A stretch of DNA of 64,000 nucleotides from Balanoglossus misakiensis. Taxonomy: Eukaryota; Animalia; Hemichordata. Position numbers and translations under genes: made by a program. The stretch lies in contig CM082580.2 in the NCBI GenBank assembly GCA_040954595.2, positions 11,236,909 to 11,300,908 on the forward strand, written 5' to 3'. Every line of letters starts with the position of its first letter. Within the stretch, counting starts at the first letter, position 1. The notes beneath the pieces were generated by a model, which saw only the letters and a program-made list of their open reading frames with translations, was not told where the DNA came from and did not search any database. This document shows positions 37,461 through 51,000 of the stretch, piece after piece.

Positions 37461-40400
37461 TGCCAGACGATTTTATTTTCTACTGACCACTTAGCGTTTG
37501 AAAAAAGTCTACATAATAATAAACAGTGGGACCAGTCTTGCTAATTTCGACCAAACATAATGGTATTATGGGTCCCATCATGCACCCCGAATCATAAAAC
37601 ACGAATTACTCTAATAACAACTAATATATAAATACAGCGGATATTTTCTGGCCTAGCGCGGTTAATTCTAAATTCATTTTCGTCCCACTGCTATCCACGT
37701 TGATGTAAAGGCGTGCGTGCGTGAGTCTCGGTGTGTTAAGAAGACTTCTATAGCGTACGAGTAGTTTTATTTTTTGCTTATACATAATCGCCGCCTTTGA
37801 CAGATGTTGATTTAGATTCAAAGGAATGTTATCGCGCCGCGGATTGGAAAATGATAGCTTTATCAAGTTTAGAACGTCGAGCGGATTAAACAAGGTCTCT
37901 GTCACTGTGTACAACTTTGTAAAAAAAAAACGCACCAGTCTTTTATCCATGCCAAACTTAAATTTGTTATTTAAATGCGTCCTATCAAACAGGACGATTC
38001 CTCTGAAGTTTTGACGCTTTTTAACCGGGCTTACATGTACGATCAGTCAGAACACCGTTTCTGAATAATCAAGAAATTCAGGCCTTGCCCGCGGTAACCA
38101 CCGTCCTGCGAAATAAAAGCATTGGAAATATTTACACACACTAGAAACAAAGATCGCCCATTGCATGTTGAATGGCCCAAAACGGAAACGTTGAACTTTC
38201 AGACAGAAGGCACAGAGAAGGAAAAAAAAACGACGGATGGATTGTGTACTGTGAGCTTCGCCTCGGGCGCTTTCCATCTGACACCGAGCTCGTTTCTTGC
38301 CCGGCGTTCCTCCCACATCGGGTAGAGTGCACCAACACTACAAAGGACAGATTGGGGCCACCTTTCATGGGCCACTTAATTAATAGACGAAATGCAAGTA
38401 TACACTTCCAAACAGAAAAAGAAAACCTCGTCTATGCACCCTCTCCATGTTTTTTTTTCAAGACGTGCTCTAGCACCTGGTCGGCGAAACTACACTTCTG
38501 CGAAGATCGTGTTGCAGTTTTGTAGCTCGGAGCAAAATAATGTCGTGCTTTTAAGTCATCCGGTTCTGGAGACGAGTAGACAAATAATATTTTGGGGTAA
38601 TTAATTTTTTTCACTGGTTCAGTGGACAGTTGAATTAAATCCCTCAAATAAAATGTAAAAAGGCAAACGTTAGCCACCAACACTTCTATACTTCTGTTTT
38701 TTTTTCCGAAGGGGAATATAGTCTTTTAAGACAAAACCAAACATAACCACATCCTAGGTGCATAGCTATTACGATTCGAAGACCTGCCGTTATTTTAATT
38801 GGACTATATGCTACCACCCCTGTGACTGAGAAGTAATGGTAGAGACCACGACGAATATAAGCACCTTTGTACTCCTTTTTAGACTCTAACTAAATAGATT
38901 TTTTTTCTTTGATGCGAGCGGTCGGAATAAAGTGAATAGCTGTGCGGATGCGACCATACGTTTTGTTAATGGCCACCCCTCTCATGCGTATTCACATCTC
39001 AGAAACACATCCGCGCGACCTCTGACCTGATCACCATTTCCCCTCCACACAGGCAAATTTTGTACAAAACCAGCAGAACAATAACATGACGGCGGCATGC
39101 ATATTACGAAGTGTCGGACGCATTATGCAATGTACGGTCTCTCTCTCTCTCTCTCATATATTCCCCCTTGTGCCGTGCTGCCCTGGGAAAGTGTTGCCCA
39201 CAACGTTGGACGAATGAAAGCGTTTACTTTTACCAGTGGACGGAACCTGGGCAAAACGCTTCTGCGTATAAAGCCACGCGTGTAGTGTCCCTGCTACCGG
39301 AGAGATGTCGCACACACATTGCCAGGGAAACGTAACTGCAATTGTTTCTGTTCACGAGCCCTATATCCCAATTTTTATATGTTATTTCTTAGGCATTGAG
39401 AATGCGACAATGTACACAGTGCATTTGAACCTTTCCAAACATATCTAATATTGCTAAAGTGTTGAGGCAACCACACAGTGCCTAAAAACACCAAGACTTC
39501 ATTACAACCGGGTCTTCCAACCCATATGAACGCAAATCTATGGAACTGTGGTTGTTAATTGGTCACTGAGAATTTTGGCAAACCAAACTCCATCATCTAC
39601 AGATTTCCAACCTTTTTGAAATTTCCACACCGTGACCAAGAATGCCAATGTGGGTTTTCTTGATTTAAGAAACGACGTGAACGGTGACCGGGGTTGAATG
39701 CGCAACTGAGAAGCGCGTTTCAAAACGAAGGGGGTTTCTTCGGTGTGTATTGCACAGCCCCGCGAGCACTGCTCTTCAATTTTGCCAAATTTGGAGTACG
39801 TGTAGAATGGATAAACACAATCTGATTTTTCGTTGGGCAGAACAAAACGCAGCACAGGAGTAGGGATTGGAGGAGGGGAGAAGAGATGGCCGCGTTTGCA
39901 CTGCACTGCCTGCTTTCCATGAATAGTCAAAATGGCGCAGCGGTGACAATAAATCTACACCAACGCTAATGTCACTTGTCTCCACCCTCCGCCATTTCAT
40001 CTATTTATTTAGGCAGTGCATCGTTCTTTGTCTCCTCTTTGGGTGTTTAGATTGACGATCTTTAACTGTCGCTGATGAAGGAATTATACCGGCGACCCAT
40101 AAACCACTATAGTCTTCTATCTCGAAACGCAGTCGACGGCGCCCAACGCACATACCACGCTCGACACGGCTGCAGCAGTGTGTGCTGTTACAAGCGCTGC
40201 CGCGGCGTCGAATGCGGTCTGTGCCACACCATGTATCCACGCCCAGGATTGCTGTTTGTTAAATTCTTACATTAAAAGTCTGTGAAGTGACATTTACTGT
40301 ACAGAGCAATACGCTCGATTTGAAGCTCTTATCGTTTTCTTGTCCCTCGTTCGAACTTCACCGAGCACGCGGTTGCGGTTGTAATGCCTGTGTCCTTTCG

Positions 40401-40688
40401 AGATCATCCCCAAGCACCTGTTAGTTTAAAATTCTTGGTGGTCCTTCCAAACAAGGCATTTTTGACGTTGTCATGGCAATGCATACCGTGCTCAAAATCC
40501 ACAATGAATAAACTTGAACGTAAATTATCACATCTTGTTATTTAATTAATACAGGCCCACATAGGCCAATATCAAGTGTACCAACAATATATGATGAACA
40601 CTGACTAAAAATTATCAGAACAAAGGAAGAAACAAATCAGAATTCATAAATGTTCAATTCAAACTACTATCAAATTTAAGAATGTCCT

Positions 40689-40810
40689 ACATACATACAT
40701 ACATACATACATACATACATACATACATACATACATACATCACGTCACACGCAGCTACGCATCCGTGCATACACGCACGCACGCACGCGCGAACGTACGT
40801 ACACACGCAA
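40689..40810. repeat. (ACAT)n microsatellite decaying into (GCAC)n
   Basis: acatacatacat... to 40740, then cacgcacgcacgc. Confidence 0.9.
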
Positions 40811-42128
40811 GCACCGCCGTATGGAAATCGGAGTTATGATAAGTATAAACTGACATTGATGCCCATGAAGTGAGAGATGATGACGTTAAGTAAGGGCAGT
40901 CACGCGCTGAAGCGAGTGCATATTACAGAGAACAGACTGCTTTGCACGTATGAGAATGGATATTGGTGCGCAAAAGATCAAAGCAGAGGGGTTGGGGCGG
41001 AGGGGGGTCGGGAATATGGGTGCGTCACCCAGAAACTGAGCAAACCACTACGAATCACCATGCACGTGCAAGAGCGTTTTTGGGAATGACAGGCACATCA
41101 TTGCCATGTTTGTACACAACGCCAGCGCAAGAGTCGTGGCAACAGTCAAATCAGACTTGTATTTTCGTTGGATCACCCGCGAGGGAATCAAATGTGGAGT
41201 TTTCACTGTGCTTTTGCAACGCCGATGATCGCTAGATTGTTTCCATTTTCCCATGTGGAAGTCCAGCGAAAGTTTATGGGTAAACACGATTCGTACCTTT
41301 ATCCGAATATTCTTATCCTTTTATAGTCAATGTTGGTATTAATATTCATCCCGCGGTGTCTCCGACTTCGCCTTCATATCTTGAAGTGCATGTTAAATGT
41401 ACATGTACAAGTACACCACCGCTCAAAACATAAGCCAAGTTGTCCTTACGGTCTCCTCAATCGAGACACACGCCGGACAGAATTCAAGCAGACAGCGAGA
41501 CTTGATCTACACCACAGCAATCATTGGTTTTTTCCGGGAGAGCACCAGCGGGGATAAAAGTTAAAAACACCCGGTACATTGTGCTGCCGAACGTTATCAA
41601 CGATGCTATTCAGACTGGGTGTCTCGAAATGGTACGAACGGGGCTACCAGTAAACAACAATACACCAGAAAAGAAATGGCCTCAAGCAAGCCGTTACCGT
41701 GCTTTACTGAAAACACATTCGCCGGAAAACGAATGCACCAAGGCAACGGTGCTGGCAAAGAGGGTCGCCATGATGCCAGCAGTGGTTTCAGGCCATGTTG
41801 ATGTCGCCTTTTGACGTGATTTGTATGCGCAAATTGTTTTCCCCTATTACACTCAAAGAAACATCTTCACTCCGTCCTGTTTGTAGTATTTATTCAATTA
41901 TTACTTGCAGTTTTTTTATTTGTTTGATTGGTTGTTTGTTGCCCTTGTTGTTTTCTCTCAACGTTTGATTTGGATAAGTGACACTGAAAATGTGATTAAG
42001 ACAAAATAATGTGCATACCAGGCGAAGTTATATAGAACACTGCTACAGGCGGTTGGGAAGTTTGTCTTCGTTAGAACATCTTAACTAGTCTCATTTCCAC
42101 TCCCCTCTGTCTGCTTAGAACCTATATA

Positions 42129-42215
42129 TCTCTCTCTGTCTTTCCCTCTCTGTGTCTGTCTGTCTCTCTCTGTCTTTCTCTCTTTCTCTCTCTGTCTCTT
42201 TCTCTCTCTCTCTTC
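42129..42215. repeat. (CT)n/(GTCT)n pyrimidine-rich microsatellite
   Basis: tctctctctgtctttccctctctgtgtctgtctgtctctctc... Confidence 0.85.
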
Positions 42216-43129
42216 TTAACAATACAGCTCATTTTTGTGATTCGCCGTGACCGATGTTGATATAAGGTACTTACTACATAACCGCGGCGCTTGCTATCAG
42301 AACAACGTCTTTGCCTTGTTGGCCAGTAACGTTACGTAACATTCTAATCTTATGGTGGAAAATATACAATAAAAAAAATGAACCCCGTACTAGAATGCTT
42401 ACCAAATATGCAATATAACTGGCGAAGAATGCATTTTCACCACATTGAATAAATATATAATAGTTTCTTTTATATTAGCGTATTCCATTTTCTTTGACGT
42501 GTAAATGTTTTAATGTTATTATTGGCGACGCTATTACGTAACTCTTTCATGGTGCACGTGATATTATCGGATCGTACTTATTCTCCATCACATTTAAGAA
42601 ATGGTAACTGAGATGCGGGCAAATTTTCCAAATTCACTGGCTGGATTTATCTGTTTCAAGTTGTTTCAAATGAATTAAAAAATGCAGTATAAAACTAAAT
42701 AAAATGCAAATGTCAAAAAAATATTATTGTTACAATATTAAGAGCCAAATAACTTCTACATGAATTTCGTCAAATGTCTTTGATTCAAAGAATTTGATTG
42801 ATTTTTATTAGCCTGGGTTGAACTTTACAAAATGGGTGAATCTTTCGTTTAAGATAATTCAGGGTAGCGATGACCAAGTATTCAACTGGTCAAATGTTAA
42901 AACTGGCCATGTATAAAATCCAAAGTGACCGTGTTATTGTGGGTAATAATGACTTTGTCTGTATGGGTGTTTTGGGATATTTTTTTCAAGCGACGGCCGA
43001 CCTTTATCACGTGCGTATTCAACCTAATACCACGTCTGCATTTGAAATCTCAGTCCAGTGTTTCATTCTAATCTCAATATTTTCCAATAAAATATCGGTC
43101 TTTTGCACTACCGACATTTTGAATCCCCG

Positions 43130-43756
43130 GCAAAGATGGCGGACGCCGAGGGAAAAAGAGGACGTAATCCGAAACACGGAAAGCGGTGCCAATGCCAGCT
43201 CACCGATATACATGCATAGTTTTTATTGTGCCATCTCTCGCTTGCTGGAAAACGGCAGCCATCTTGAATCTGTGCGTAGCCGCCGATAACCTTGCCGCGT
43301 TTTATTAACACATTCCCCCGTCTTGTTTCCCCAGTGCGTTTGACCTGCGCAATCAAGAGCTTTGAGTCAGTGCAGCCAAACAACAACCCAGAACCACATT
43401 CACTGAATGCCCGTAATCTGTCTCTTTTATTTCAACTTCAAACGATCTTGCGAGTTGACGTTCGTTCTCGGGTTTGTTGATCATACACGTCGACTCGGCC
43501 GAGAGTGCCCGAGCCGACCAATCCAGCCCAACACACACACACCTTCTCAACCTCCATATCAGTCCAGTTGTGGACAAGAACTCCGCGTTTTCTTAATCAT
43601 CAACAATCATGGCAACTGTTGTCGGAAGCCTGTAACCACCGACTCTCAGACAGGTCAACACCGCAATACTACTATACCGTCGCTGAATCATAGCCGGCGA
43701 AATTTGTTGTGTTTCGACTAGCCAATGCTACGCTGACGTTCAGCGCCTCTGTAAGT
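43130..43756 (+). promoter_or_regulatory. Candidate SKIDA1 promoter and non-coding first exon
   Basis: CpG-rich segment after an AT-rich block, with YY1-like AAGATGGCGG (43133) and CAGCCATCTT (43256); consensus donor GTAAGT at 43751; strong acceptor tttctttttcacttcaCAG at 45532 just upstream of the SKIDA1 ATG. Confidence 0.35.
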
Positions 43757-45603
43757 GGTACCGTGGTCTGTGCTTGATCTTTTCACGGGTGCCAGTTCTC
43801 AAAAAGATTTCAATTGTTGGATTAAAATCCATTGAATTGCAAAGTGGAGACTGCTTCTTTCCTCCATTTCCGTCACACTACTTATTCTTCCTCTGCAACC
43901 GCGGTTCAATTTCTGATGCAAAATTAATTCGCTAAACGTAAAAAAAAAACTAAACTAAACAGTAAGCCGGTAACACAAAACGTAGATTGACATTTCAAAA
44001 TTCTCAATCCTTGCTGAGAAACTAGCATCTGAAGATCTATTTTCCTTCTTTCACCGACGCCAGATAAACTTGCTTTATTTATCATTAGAAAAATAAGTTT
44101 CGTAGCACCCGGGTTCATGGCGATAAAGAATAAAATGGCAAAAATCACACCCGAAGGGTAATATCATAAAATTATTCATTTATTTATTTATTTCACCTGA
44201 TTCGCAGAGTTTCTGTAGATCATAAACTGCTTACGTATGTGTGTGAAATTTGTGGCGTTTTTTTTGCTGTTTGTGTCCTGCAAATCCTGGCCAGCTTGGT
44301 AGTTCACTGACAGGGCGAGCGACGTCCAGCGTGTAACGACTGCACCGGCCAGCAGCAAGCTAGCACACTGCGCATCCGCCGGTAACGCTAGGTCTTTCTA
44401 ATTAAGTGTACTTTGTTGAACGACTGCTAAGAACTAGCTTTAAAAGCAGCCGCGGCGCTGAAATAAGATACTGACATGAAAGAAGAACTCTAATTTAGCC
44501 CGGAGAGAGAAAATGAGAAAATATTGGGAAGATCAGCACTGTGCTGATGTACTTGTGACCGTGTAGTAGCCGAACTTGCGTTGCCCCCTGTTCTATCTGA
44601 ATAGCTCCAGTCCATGCACTTGGAATTACGCAACCCATGCGATTAATTGATCTTGTTTATATCTTGGCGACATTGAGAAAGCGCAGTTATATTACGTTTT
44701 CTTATGCCCACAATCTTTTGAATCGTAAACGTCAGCCCCCATGAAACTGCCTAATTAATGAAGCTTCCTAGGCGCGCGAAAATTTTCGACCAATCAGCGC
44801 TCAGCTATGAAGTATAATTTTTTTTCCCTTTTATTCCCCTCCCACCGCAGTTTGTTACCTGGTTCATTTGAAAAGTGGGGGTAGATGAGAGCACACCTAA
44901 TCCAACTAACCCTCACAGAGCGTGTCCCTGTGCCCCCCCCCCTCTTTACGCCGAAGATCGATGTCGACGAGGTCAATGTGTAGATCGTTGATGGCCGTGT
45001 GACATACACACTGGCGACCAAACAGACCAGTGCCGTGTGGACACGCGTTTTGTACAGATATAGCGTTCCGTTGGACGTGAACCGGCATACAATGACGAGC
45101 GTTTCGCCGCGGCTACACTAGCAACGGTTCGTTTGACATCGATTTCAGATATCCACTACTTCGAGTTTCATTTAAATAACTCGTGCTGGAGCTCGTCCTT
45201 TTAAGTCGGTCTCGCCGCGGTCAAACGATCCAACTTCGAATTGATCGCCGGGGTCGAATTCGCTGTCTGCACACTAGCTAAGACGAGCATCTCTTCGCTG
45301 GTGTCTGGCCGCCCATTACTATAAAAAAAACTAAATTTATGTTGAAGCATCCTTTTTTTAGATTTTTAGAAGTAATTTTGAGATGACCGTGAGGAATCCA
45401 TGCAGCAAACACTTCATGAAAATATTGAGTGGTGCAAATTATTCAAAGTTGTCTATAGAAAACATTTTAATGCATTTAATACTTTGGAAATTCCAACAAC
45501 TAATTTCAATTAATTTCTTTTTCACTTCACAGGGGTTTCCCACCCGACCATCTTTAATTCAGATGGGCGAGGGGTTGTATTTCTCCACTTGTTCATCCGG
45601 AGA

Positions 45604-48039
45604 ATGCAAGAAACCAAGTCGGTGAAAAACTTGCAGGAAGACGGGAGCGTGGGGTTCGAGTTGGTCGCGGGGGTGAGATTGGCCTACTTGGTCAAGGATG
45701 GACGCCGTATGTTCGCGCTGGCCGAGGTGTTCACTAATTTGCTGGAAAACGCGCGCGACATACCGCCGACGACGGTCCACAAGCGTCTAGAGCGTCTCAA
45801 GATCGGCAAATGCCAGTGTTCGCTCGAAGAGCTGCGAAAGCTGAAAACGCTGAACGCGGTACCCCAGCACACGGCCATGTGCACGCTGATCGGAACGAAA
45901 GACGTTCGGCGTCTGTACAATTCGTGTCAAAAAGAACCAACTTTGAGAACTAAACGGAAGATCAGATCTTCCGAGGCGACGACCCAATCCGCTGCATCGT
46001 CTCAGTGTCAGCGTGACACAAATTTACAGAAATGCCACAGCAAATGCCGCAGTTCGACAAACAAGACTGCTAGTATATACAGCGGCCTTTGTAATTCCAA
46101 ATCCACACGAATAAAAACAAGCCATCGCAGCAGCCAGAACCCGTGGGTGCTAAAACCGTCGAAACTGACTGCCATATCGAGCATGACAGGGTCGGTGTTC
46201 CCCTCAAACGACGGTAAACCAGACAGCCCGGTGTTCCAGCGGTACGGATCCGGCTGTGCGGGGTTTCGAATGCACTCTTTCGGCCACGACACGCCGAGTT
46301 TCATCGGCGACAGCCAGTCGTCGGGGCCTACTGGCATGGCCGCCATTTGTATGAAGGGTAATGGCACCGATACAACAAACAACAGTAGTAGCGCTAGCGT
46401 AAGATCAATAGCCTGCAACAACTTAACACCGTTCAGAATGGCGGCAAATACGTGCCCGTCGCCCGTGCAGAGGTCTTCTAGTACCCCCAGCTACATATTT
46501 TTCAAAAGTGGGGCCAAGTCTGCCGCCAAGAGCGAGGAAGTGCGCTTCGTCAACGGTTTCCAGTACGGCAATGGAATACGCCTGAAAAGCGGGGAGGAGT
46601 TTGACAGTTACGAGGACACCGATTCTGACATCTCAACCTTAGAGATTGATTCAAACATTTCGAGTATTTCCACGCTGACCAGTTCCAACAGCGAATCCAG
46701 TTCGGACAGCAGCTCGACAGACTCGTCAGACAGTTCGGACACGGAGTCTACATCGTCATCGTCGTCGTCATCCAGTAGCGACTCCGATATGAGTGTGTGT
46801 CGAAGGCGGTACCGAACAGTCTCCCATTCGTTTCCTGGCAATGGATTTAAAAGACTCAGCGAATACGCCGGCATTGAGGGCAATACGGGCAGAAAAGACA
46901 ACGCCGGTGTTTCGTTTAAATTACCGGCAAACAGCGGAAAACCTAGTCTAAATTTCACTCCTGGCACGTGCAATGGCACATCGCCAACGACGACAAAATC
47001 GCCGCTGAGCCCGTCAACAAATTCACTGATTTTGAAGAAGCGCGAACAGCAATGGACGGTGGAGACGTGCACCGTTGCAAAGCCAGACACCGCAATACAC
47101 TGCCCCAGTATCAAGGTACAACCCCAATCGAGCCAAAACTCCGTATTCGCCGAAAAGACAGGAGCAGAGACTAATAGTCAATCGCCGACGAAAGGCACGT
47201 GTGCCGAATCTGAACAAAGCAGGTGCAAAAACAAGCCAATCGCGTCGCCTGAAATCAAGCGTCCGAAATCAAAAATCAAACTTAAAGAAACGCAGAAGGC
47301 GAGGACGTTATCCGACAACGGCGTCAATTTTAAGAAGAAGAGGAAAAAGATTAAAAATGGCATCCACCATGCCAATGTAACGTCGCCGGAAAGAAAAGGA
47401 GAAGACAGTCCCCCGAGGAAGAAAAGCAAAATTGGCAAGGTGCCAAATGGAAAGGGAGGTTACGAAGACGCATCGAGGACAAAATTTGCAGCGGAGAAAA
47501 CCGCGCCGGAAAAAGTGTCACCTGGCAACGCCGCTCCAGATGCGGACGACTCGAATTTTTCTCGAAACTGCACTGCCGACAGATTGGAAGAAAAAGCGAA
47601 AGGCAAGCCGCGCGTTGTAGAAGGGAAGAAACTCAAAAGAAAGCGAGTGGAAAAACCGGCGAGACTCGAATCCAGGAAAAGGGCAGATGTCGCCAGCGTC
47701 CACAAAGTGAAGTCGCCGGCCGCGCGACCCAGGAGCGAAACTCCAAGAGGTGTGGCGAAACGGAAAACGAAACAACAACCTCCAGCGGTACCTGGGAGAA
47801 ATACTTTCAATTTCCTGGCCACTTTCCCGCTCATACCGTCACTGGTTGTCCGCAACGGCGACTTGGAGCCGGCCGTGTCGATGAGAGTGGACGCCAAGAA
47901 TCCTCCTGCCAAGGGACACCCAATTTGGAAGTGGAGGCTAGGTGGGCCACCTCTGCCCCGTCCCGGAGCTTCATCCTCCGCCAAAGCAGCGGGGCGTGGT
48001 CAGAAGCAGAACTCCAGAGCATCAACCGATGTCACATAG
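45604..48039 (+). CDS. SKIDA1: SKI/DACH domain-containing protein 1 (N-terminal Ski/Sno/Dac domain, Ser/Asp-rich centre, basic region, EPOP-like C-terminal motif); 811 aa; single coding exon
   Basis: N-terminus GFELVAGVRLAYLVKDGRRMFALAEVFTNLL..IPPTTVHKRL..CSLEELRKLKTLNAV..CTLI..DVRRLYNSC and C-terminus FNFLATFPLIPSLVVRNGDLEPA..HPIWKWRLGGPPLP match my recollection of vertebrate SKIDA1; adjacency to MLLT10 agrees. AATAAA at 48830-48835. Confidence 0.93.
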   Translation: MQETKSVKNLQEDGSVGFELVAGVRLAYLVKDGRRMFALAEVFTNLLENARDIPPTTVHKRLERLKIGKCQCSLEELRKLKTLNAVPQHTAMCTLIGTKDVRRLYNSCQKEPTLRTKRKIRSSEATTQSAASSQCQRDTNLQKCHSKCRSSTNKTASIYSGLCNSKSTRIKTSHRSSQNPWVLKPSKLTAISSMTGSVFPSNDGKPDSPVFQRYGSGCAGFRMHSFGHDTPSFIGDSQSSGPTGMAAICMKGNGTDTTNNSSSASVRSIACNNLTPFRMAANTCPSPVQRSSSTPSYIFFKSGAKSAAKSEEVRFVNGFQYGNGIRLKSGEEFDSYEDTDSDISTLEIDSNISSISTLTSSNSESSSDSSSTDSSDSSDTESTSSSSSSSSSDSDMSVCRRRYRTVSHSFPGNGFKRLSEYAGIEGNTGRKDNAGVSFKLPANSGKPSLNFTPGTCNGTSPTTTKSPLSPSTNSLILKKREQQWTVETCTVAKPDTAIHCPSIKVQPQSSQNSVFAEKTGAETNSQSPTKGTCAESEQSRCKNKPIASPEIKRPKSKIKLKETQKARTLSDNGVNFKKKRKKIKNGIHHANVTSPERKGEDSPPRKKSKIGKVPNGKGGYEDASRTKFAAEKTAPEKVSPGNAAPDADDSNFSRNCTADRLEEKAKGKPRVVEGKKLKRKRVEKPARLESRKRADVASVHKVKSPAARPRSETPRGVAKRKTKQQPPAVPGRNTFNFLATFPLIPSLVVRNGDLEPAVSMRVDAKNPPAKGHPIWKWRLGGPPLPRPGASSSAKAAGRGQKQNSRASTDVT

Positions 48040-51000
48040 ATAACCATAAAAAAATATTGCCATGGCAATATTGCAGTGTACGCCAACACTCTGACCACTT
48101 TATTTTTTCAGAAGTATACATACTGAAATGTCAACAGTTTATTTCCTAAAGCGCTAGTTTATACTGACTCTGTTCGTTGTATGGCCCAAGTGTTGTGTAT
48201 TTTAAGTGTCATTGCCATATAAAATTGTATTTTCTTGAAAGACAGTGTTGTCAATTTCAATGTCCGCTTCCATTGGTATATTTTGTGTACCTACAGTACA
48301 ACAGTTTACCATGATGGCTAAAGGTTTACCTTCCCTAATTTCTAAACGGAGGGTCTTCCTCTCCAAGTTCAAATCTGTAATATTTTTGTTGAACTTTGAC
48401 ATTTGAATGTTTCACTATTAAGAAAAGGGTTGTTCTTTGTGATGGAGGTAGGACTTTCCAAAAAGTTCAAAAGTGCGGGCTTAAGAAAAAACGCGAGCAC
48501 ATTTCATCATTTTACTATTAATTTTGAGTGTGTGTATTTTGGGGTCAAGCTGAGCCTAGCCGAATTTATTTTTACACACGACAGCTTTGTATTCCAATGT
48601 TTATTTTAATATCATACAACCTGTTTGGTTTCGAATATGACGATTGTTTTCGAGTCAGTGCACGTTCAAGAGAAAAAAAGTATGCCGACGAGAGCAACCG
48701 GTAGCGTGCGGGTTCAGTTTCCGCCAGCTCGCGTCCTTCATTGTGCCACTGTGTCTAATGGTGCTCATTTGACAGGTCCGTGTAAAATTCTCGTCCAAAA
48801 ATACAAGATGCGGTGAGATATTTCTTCAGAATAAAATGACGAACAGTTATGAAAATATGGCCGCTTGTCATGACCTACATATTTCTGTATGTAACTTGCC
48901 TCGATGCGCCTTTAATGTATTATAATAAGGCTATTGTTTTGCCGGTAAAACGCCACGACCCGTCCGCCATGTCGCTTATTCACATTTTGGGCACGTTGTA
49001 AATGTAGGGTTTTCAGGGTTTTTGGCGGCCGCCAAGACAGCGCAGTTCCGACAGGGTTTATCGATCTAGCATATTTTTCATCAGAATCAACACCCCTTCC
49101 GTGCAATCGTGTCTTCTTGGTGCCAGAAACACGCGTAGGAAGACTGCCATTCAAGTATCAAGCGCGAGGTTTAAAAAATCAACAAGCCCAAGCAGTACAA
49201 GCCGAACGCAAACGGCCATGCCGGGTGTGTTTATCACATGTGCGCGGGCTCTCAAGACGACAACCTGTGTCGCATCGCATCGCCTCGTCGCAGTCATACG
49301 TTTACATCAACTCGTAGAATTAATCGGCGACTGTGCTCAACCAGCAAACCCGACCGACTGACCCCGAAATCAGAGCACTTGGTTTGTAAGAAATGCGTCA
49401 GACAACGTGTTCGCCCACACATGTTCGCTCCGAACCCGGGAGAAGTCTTGTGGAACTGTATTGTGACGCCACTCAGAACGGTGTACTGCTATATTCAAAT
49501 AGCATGGTTCGCGTTAATCCCACATGTTGGTCTCCGATTCCTTATTTTTAACAGTCCTAATACTCCAATATGACATATAAATTCGAAGTTTTAAATGTTC
49601 TGTTTTAAAATCCCACATAACAGTGACTATAGCTGTGGGCCATCTCCAATCCACGGTATTCGCGCACGATATCGTGGCAAGCATGCAAAAAACACCAGGC
49701 GCAAGGCCATGGTCGAAGTCCAGGAGTATATACCGTAATATATGTGTACTCAAGCATCTATGAATGTTTGAACAAAAAGACATCCGTAAAGATTTCGGAA
49801 AGAAACGCCAGAATAGAACTCGACCTCTTGGCAGGAGTTGTAGAACCACGTATGGTTACTAGCAGAAGAAGGTGACACACTTTATAAACACGCAACAAAA
49901 ACACGTTTTCTTATATGATTACTCGAGAACCAGGGTGAGGTGTGTCCGTATCTACAAGACACGTACAACCTGCCCCGGTTTGAGTATCACACACTTTTGA
50001 CGGTCAAGTCAAGTTTGATTTCGGGCAAGAGGAGAGGTTTGTCCAGAATTCAGCGGAGCGATTTGAATGAGTGGTGCGAAGCTGCTTAGCTTAGCCGACA
50101 CATGCGAACCCTCTCTGTTGTTCACATTGCCTGCGTTTCCCGGCACGCCTGAACGGGAGACAAGATCTCGCACTCTGGCAAAAAATCGGCCTGTTTTACG
50201 GTACCATGACAGCGTGAGCGTAATTTGGCTCCTCGGGTATTGTTCATTACGAGATTAACTCATGAAGGGTCAGTCTTTTGATGTGACTCGCCCGATTGCA
50301 TTGGTTCGCCTCGCCACGCCACATCCATCCCTCGACAAACAGAATGCCACTATTTTCCAATGCAGCCGCTGCCGTGGTCATACCGAAACAACGCGGGCAC
50401 GCACGCACCAAGTTTCCCAAATGTGATTTTAAAACTGTACAAGACAGCATCTTTTTTGTTGCGGGAAATCAAACAACAGAAGTACACCAGTACCGTAAAT
50501 TGTAACCCATCGGTTATGTAATGTATTTTCAAGTTGTGGGAGCGAGCGACCGTCGCGCCGCAATGTACTAGGAGGTTTGTTAACTGCTAGTGAATCATGC
50601 GGATACGACGCACGCACAAATTCGTACGTGTCTGTTTCGAGAAGAAGGAAGCAATTGTAGTCAAATGTATTTAAAAGTCATCAAATGCGTTGTAAACCGT
50701 CATTTATTCAGCCAAGACATCTAATCACGGGAGCACAGAAAAACGCAAGCGAGCGGAAATCATGCATCCTGGTAGTAGAGCTTAGTCAACCCACGACGTT
50801 TACTGTTTGAACGTCCGTTTCGGGATTGAAATCAGTACCTGGACGTTTAGTCGAAGGGACAGATGCATTTTATTTAGTGCGTGGACCGGTTAAAACTTGA
50901 ACAGGCATCGGTTTGGCTGTATTCACGTAAATAAAAGCTAACTTAGCGAAAAAGGCGGCGTTGCAACCCTCATCCGACAACCTCTACAAGCTGCAGAGCA

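Noticed and set aside
44553-44575. TTGTGACCGT resembling the 5' end of miR-2001
   Set aside because: Remainder does not match and no hairpin partner arm is seen
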